Below, piece after piece: positions 61,701 to 64,000 of a stretch of 64,000 nucleotides of DNA. The first letter of the stretch is position 1; every line of letters begins with the position of its first letter. The position numbers were made by a program, and so were the translations under genes. The notes below the pieces were generated by a model that was given only the letters and a program-made list of their open reading frames with translations, did no database searches and was not told where the DNA came from. The stretch is from Raillietiella orientalis (lineage: Eukaryota), in assembly GCA_036172245.1 (NCBI GenBank), contig JAYWIR010000014.1, forward strand, positions 3,596,001 through 3,660,000. Direction: 5' to 3'.

Positions 61701-62791
61701 ATCAGCGAATCCATTTCCAGGAGAACTTCCTGTTTTATGAATCAAGAGGGAGAAAGTCGAGGTAGGCAACAATCACATTAATAGTAACAACAATAAAAAG
61801 AACAATGGGAACAAATGGGAACATCAGAAGCAGAATACCAAGAGCAGTACCTATAAGCAAAAAGAATAACAGTAACAATGATAATAAGGCGAAGAATAAG
61901 AGTGAACATAATAAAAACAACAGCGATAATAATAATACAGTTGTAACGACAATATTAATCACAACAATTACAAAAACAATCATAACACTAGCCATGACCA
62001 CAATAAGGACGAAGATAACAATAGCAAGAGGAAGAAGTAACGGTGGCGAGACTGTGCTGCTGACAGCCAATTTGTGTTGTTCCTCTTTCGCTTGTTCTTC
62101 CGGCGCTTCCCTCACATCCCAGTACCCCGGTCCCCATTTCGAGTTCTCAGACACAGTAACCGCTAGCTCGTTACCGAAACCGCGGTACCAACGTCATCGT
62201 GCTTCGCCACCCCAGCAGGAATGGCTTCCCCGGAGTCGCTCCTCTTTGTCCACTCCCCGTTTTCCACCTTGTTGTGGACTGCTTGAGAATGCATATCTAT
62301 TCTCCCTCGGAGCCACGTCATTTCTTCTTCTGGAGATCGTCTGGTGCCGTGGATTTGAGCAGCGTCCTTTCTCTTCCTCTACCTTTCGCATCCTTGCCGG
62401 GCGCATGGTGGTCACGCTACCAGGTCGAGCGCCGCCAGAGATGAACCACCCTCTCTCCATCGCGCGGTCGCCGCTTCTCACCTTGTCCATTGTTTGAACC
62501 ATTCATCTCTCGAACCTGTCTTTTTTTCCCGTTCCAGGAGGACCACATTCCGTTAGCTCACCCCTTGGCACTGGGCTGCGTGCGAGCAGCCTGCAAGAGA
62601 CCGGGGAGGAGGAGGAGGAGAATGAAGAGGAGGAGGAGGACGACGACGAGGAGGAGAATGAAGAGGAGGATGACGACGAGGAGGAGGAAGAAGAAGGAGA
62701 GGAAGAGGAGGAGGAAGTAGAGGAAGAAGAGGAGGAAGAGAAAGAGGAAGCACAGGAAGAGGAGTTTCAAAAAGAAAGGGATGAGGATCAG
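37564..62791 (+). CDS. RNF31: HOIP/LUBEL-like linear ubiquitin E3 ligase, 5' portion (continues past the window; first exon uncertain)
   Basis: Phase-consistent exons: 37564-37715 (B-box), 45845-46051 (KPPLPPK...[11 protein letters not shown]), 49471-49664 ([11 protein letters not shown]), 49751-49862, 50037-50201, 50331-51165 (NZF), 51496-51692, [possible unresolved exon(s) ~53.6-54.1 kb], 54302-54565 and 61596-61761 (UBA region), 62538-62791 (poly-Glu). Domain order and motifs match arthropod LUBEL from memory; RBR not in the window. Confidence 0.8.
39150..39760 (-). mobile_element. Decayed LINE reverse transcriptase remnant in a HOIP-like intron
   Basis: Colinear minus-strand echoes [42 protein letters not shown] of the LINE RT motifs W..A.IV...KG / RPISLL / QFGFRP / LW..L..FG / GV.QG..LS. 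Confidence 0.45.
43000..44000 (+). mobile_element. Decayed LINE reverse transcriptase remnant
   Basis: Colinear echoes [11 protein letters not shown] (~43095), QGFVS (~43666), RDDL (~43836, YADD-like position), [14 protein letters not shown] (~43954, FKYLG...D..L-like). Confidence 0.4.
50331..51165 (+). CDS. RNF31: HOIP/LUBEL-like gene: exon with RanBP2/NZF-type zinc finger
   Basis: TTTTCAG acceptor, strong C/G third-position codon bias, [21 protein letters not shown] at ~50874-50936. Confidence 0.85.
52991..53236 (+). pseudogene. H4: Histone H4 pseudogene (3'-truncated, two compensating frameshifts) in a HOIP-like intron
   Basis: [28 protein letters not shown], 1-nt deletion (~53075), shifted-frame [12 protein letters not shown], 1-nt insertion (~53113), [41 protein letters not shown]. 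The C-terminal [21 protein letters not shown] is absent. Confidence 0.92.
54302..54565 (+). CDS. RNF31: HOIP/LUBEL-like gene: UBA-region exon
   Basis: CTTCCAG acceptor and GTGAGC donor; [20 protein letters not shown]...[34 protein letters not shown] resembles the HOIP UBA tandem and continues in frame at 61596 ([25 protein letters not shown]). Confidence 0.8.
54789..55748. repeat. 960-bp dispersed direct repeat, copy 2 (intronic)
   Basis: Near-identical (8 substitutions) to 32459-33418. Confidence 0.95.
61778..62040. repeat. Degenerate (AAY)n trinucleotide low-complexity tract, intronic
   Basis: Run of AAT/AAC/AAG-like triplets directly after the 61596-61761 exon. It explains the Asn/Thr-rich and hydrophobic ORFs reported here. 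Confidence 0.8.
62538..62791 (+). CDS. RNF31: HOIP/LUBEL-like gene: acidic poly-Glu/Asp exon
   Basis: TTCCAG acceptor whose phase 1 matches the 61761 donor; GAG/GAA/GAC run encoding [30 protein letters not shown]...; GTGAGT donor. Confidence 0.75.
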
Positions 62792-64000
62792 GTGAGTTGT
62801 CCCCGTCGTAAGATGCAGCTCGAATCGCTCTCTCTCTTCCTGCGTGTGCATGCAGCGTCCCCATGGCGAAACTTCCTGGAATGCAGAAAAACATCCAGGT
62901 CACCGGAGTATTCCCGGTTAGCCTCCTGCCTCTCCATTACTTCCTTTCCTTCACCTGTTCCTCTTCAAACACCCTCTGCGGGAAGCACCAATTCTCTCTC
63001 TTCATTCTGGATCGGCGGCGGGCACTACGGTGAGGAAGGACTCTACCGCAGTTTTCTATGGGGCGTTCCTGCTATCGTATCTTCGGGAAGCCTTTTCCTC
63101 CGAGGAACGGGTAGGGAGCGAAAGAGAAGGAGGAGGGAGACGCTTGGAGTAGTTTGCGTTCGAAAGGAAACACTGCAGCCATCTCCATTTCCATGCTTCA
63201 TTTCGTCGCGCACACACCTCACAGGCTGCCGTGAGCGTCCCGTGTGAGGTCTCCATGGTTGCAGCGAAGGGCAATTTCCGTTCTGAGGAATTCATCACTG
63301 AGAAGAAAAGGGCACGGAACTGGAATGCACGAAACACGGAACAGTGCCTCTCTGTTGGAGGGAAAGAAAGTGCTTTCAAAAAAGGGCAGCAAGAAGAAGG
63401 CTGCAGACTTGTCTGGGGGGCAGCACTATAAATAGCCTCAGGGGGCGATGAAGGGATAAAACACTCTTGTTCGAGATCCGCAATCTTTTCCCAAGGTAAC
63501 ATGGCTTCGCCTTGTTCCTTCATCCGAGGCTGCTGCTTCTGCTGCTTCCGCAGCTACTTCCAGAGCCACTGAGATTGCTGGCTTTATCGGAACTCTTGTC
63601 TCTCTGGAGAGGAATCACCTGCGGCATCTTCGCTCCCTAGACGGAAGCGCAGGATCGGGAGTTCCGTGCTTCTTCTCTTTCCGCAGTCACCGCCAGGTGC
63701 TTCCTTTTTACGTCACATCTTCTGAGCTAAACATAGCCTATCGCTCGCCCCGTTTTTCGGTAGTTTCTCTACGGGATGCGGGGTGTATTTCCTCCTGTGA
63801 GGAATTCTGAATCCGTTTGTCGTGACCAGGAAAAACTAACATGGAGGGGTAGCGTGCATCTGTGTATGTGTGTAAGGGGGGAGAAGCTGCCCCGGAGCCA
63901 GACCGCAGACTTTGGGAAACCACGATGCCGTTTCAGGCACGTAAAGAGTACCATTCCTTATCTGCTCCTCCTCTTTTCTCTCTATCTCCGAAATCTCGGC

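Noticed and set aside
61735..62903. Hydrophobic membrane-protein-like minus-strand ORFs and Asn/Thr- or Arg-rich ORFs
   Set aside because: Off-frame or antisense readings of the (AAY)n tract and the poly-Glu exon.

Overview
Eukaryotic (invertebrate, probably arthropod-like) nuclear DNA with two compositional regimes. An AT-rich, CpG-poor, compact block (~17-32 kb) holds three housekeeping genes with mostly 39-55 nt introns: a Golgin-97-like GRIP protein (+), the lariat debranching enzyme DBR1 (+) and LTV1 (-). The DBR1 and LTV1 stop codons are only 5 nt apart. The left part holds two head-to-head ER-luminal FKBP7/14-type paralogues (214 aa each, same intron positions and phases) whose long first introns contain decayed retroelement sequence (recognisable in copy A). 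The GC/CpG-rich right half is mostly the 5' part of a large HOIP/LUBEL-like (RNF31) gene (B-box, NZF, UBA, acidic tract; RBR not in the window). Its introns carry a histone H4 pseudogene, LINE remnants and one of two 99%-identical 960-bp repeats; the other copy and a MITE lie upstream. The least explained feature is a ~690-nt array of about 14 regularly spaced, sequence-divergent but structure-conserving stem-loops at 965-1654, next to a tRNA-like Pol III head and bracketed by a possible 10-bp target-site duplication. All gene models were spliced and translated by eye, and family calls come from remembered motifs, not database searches.
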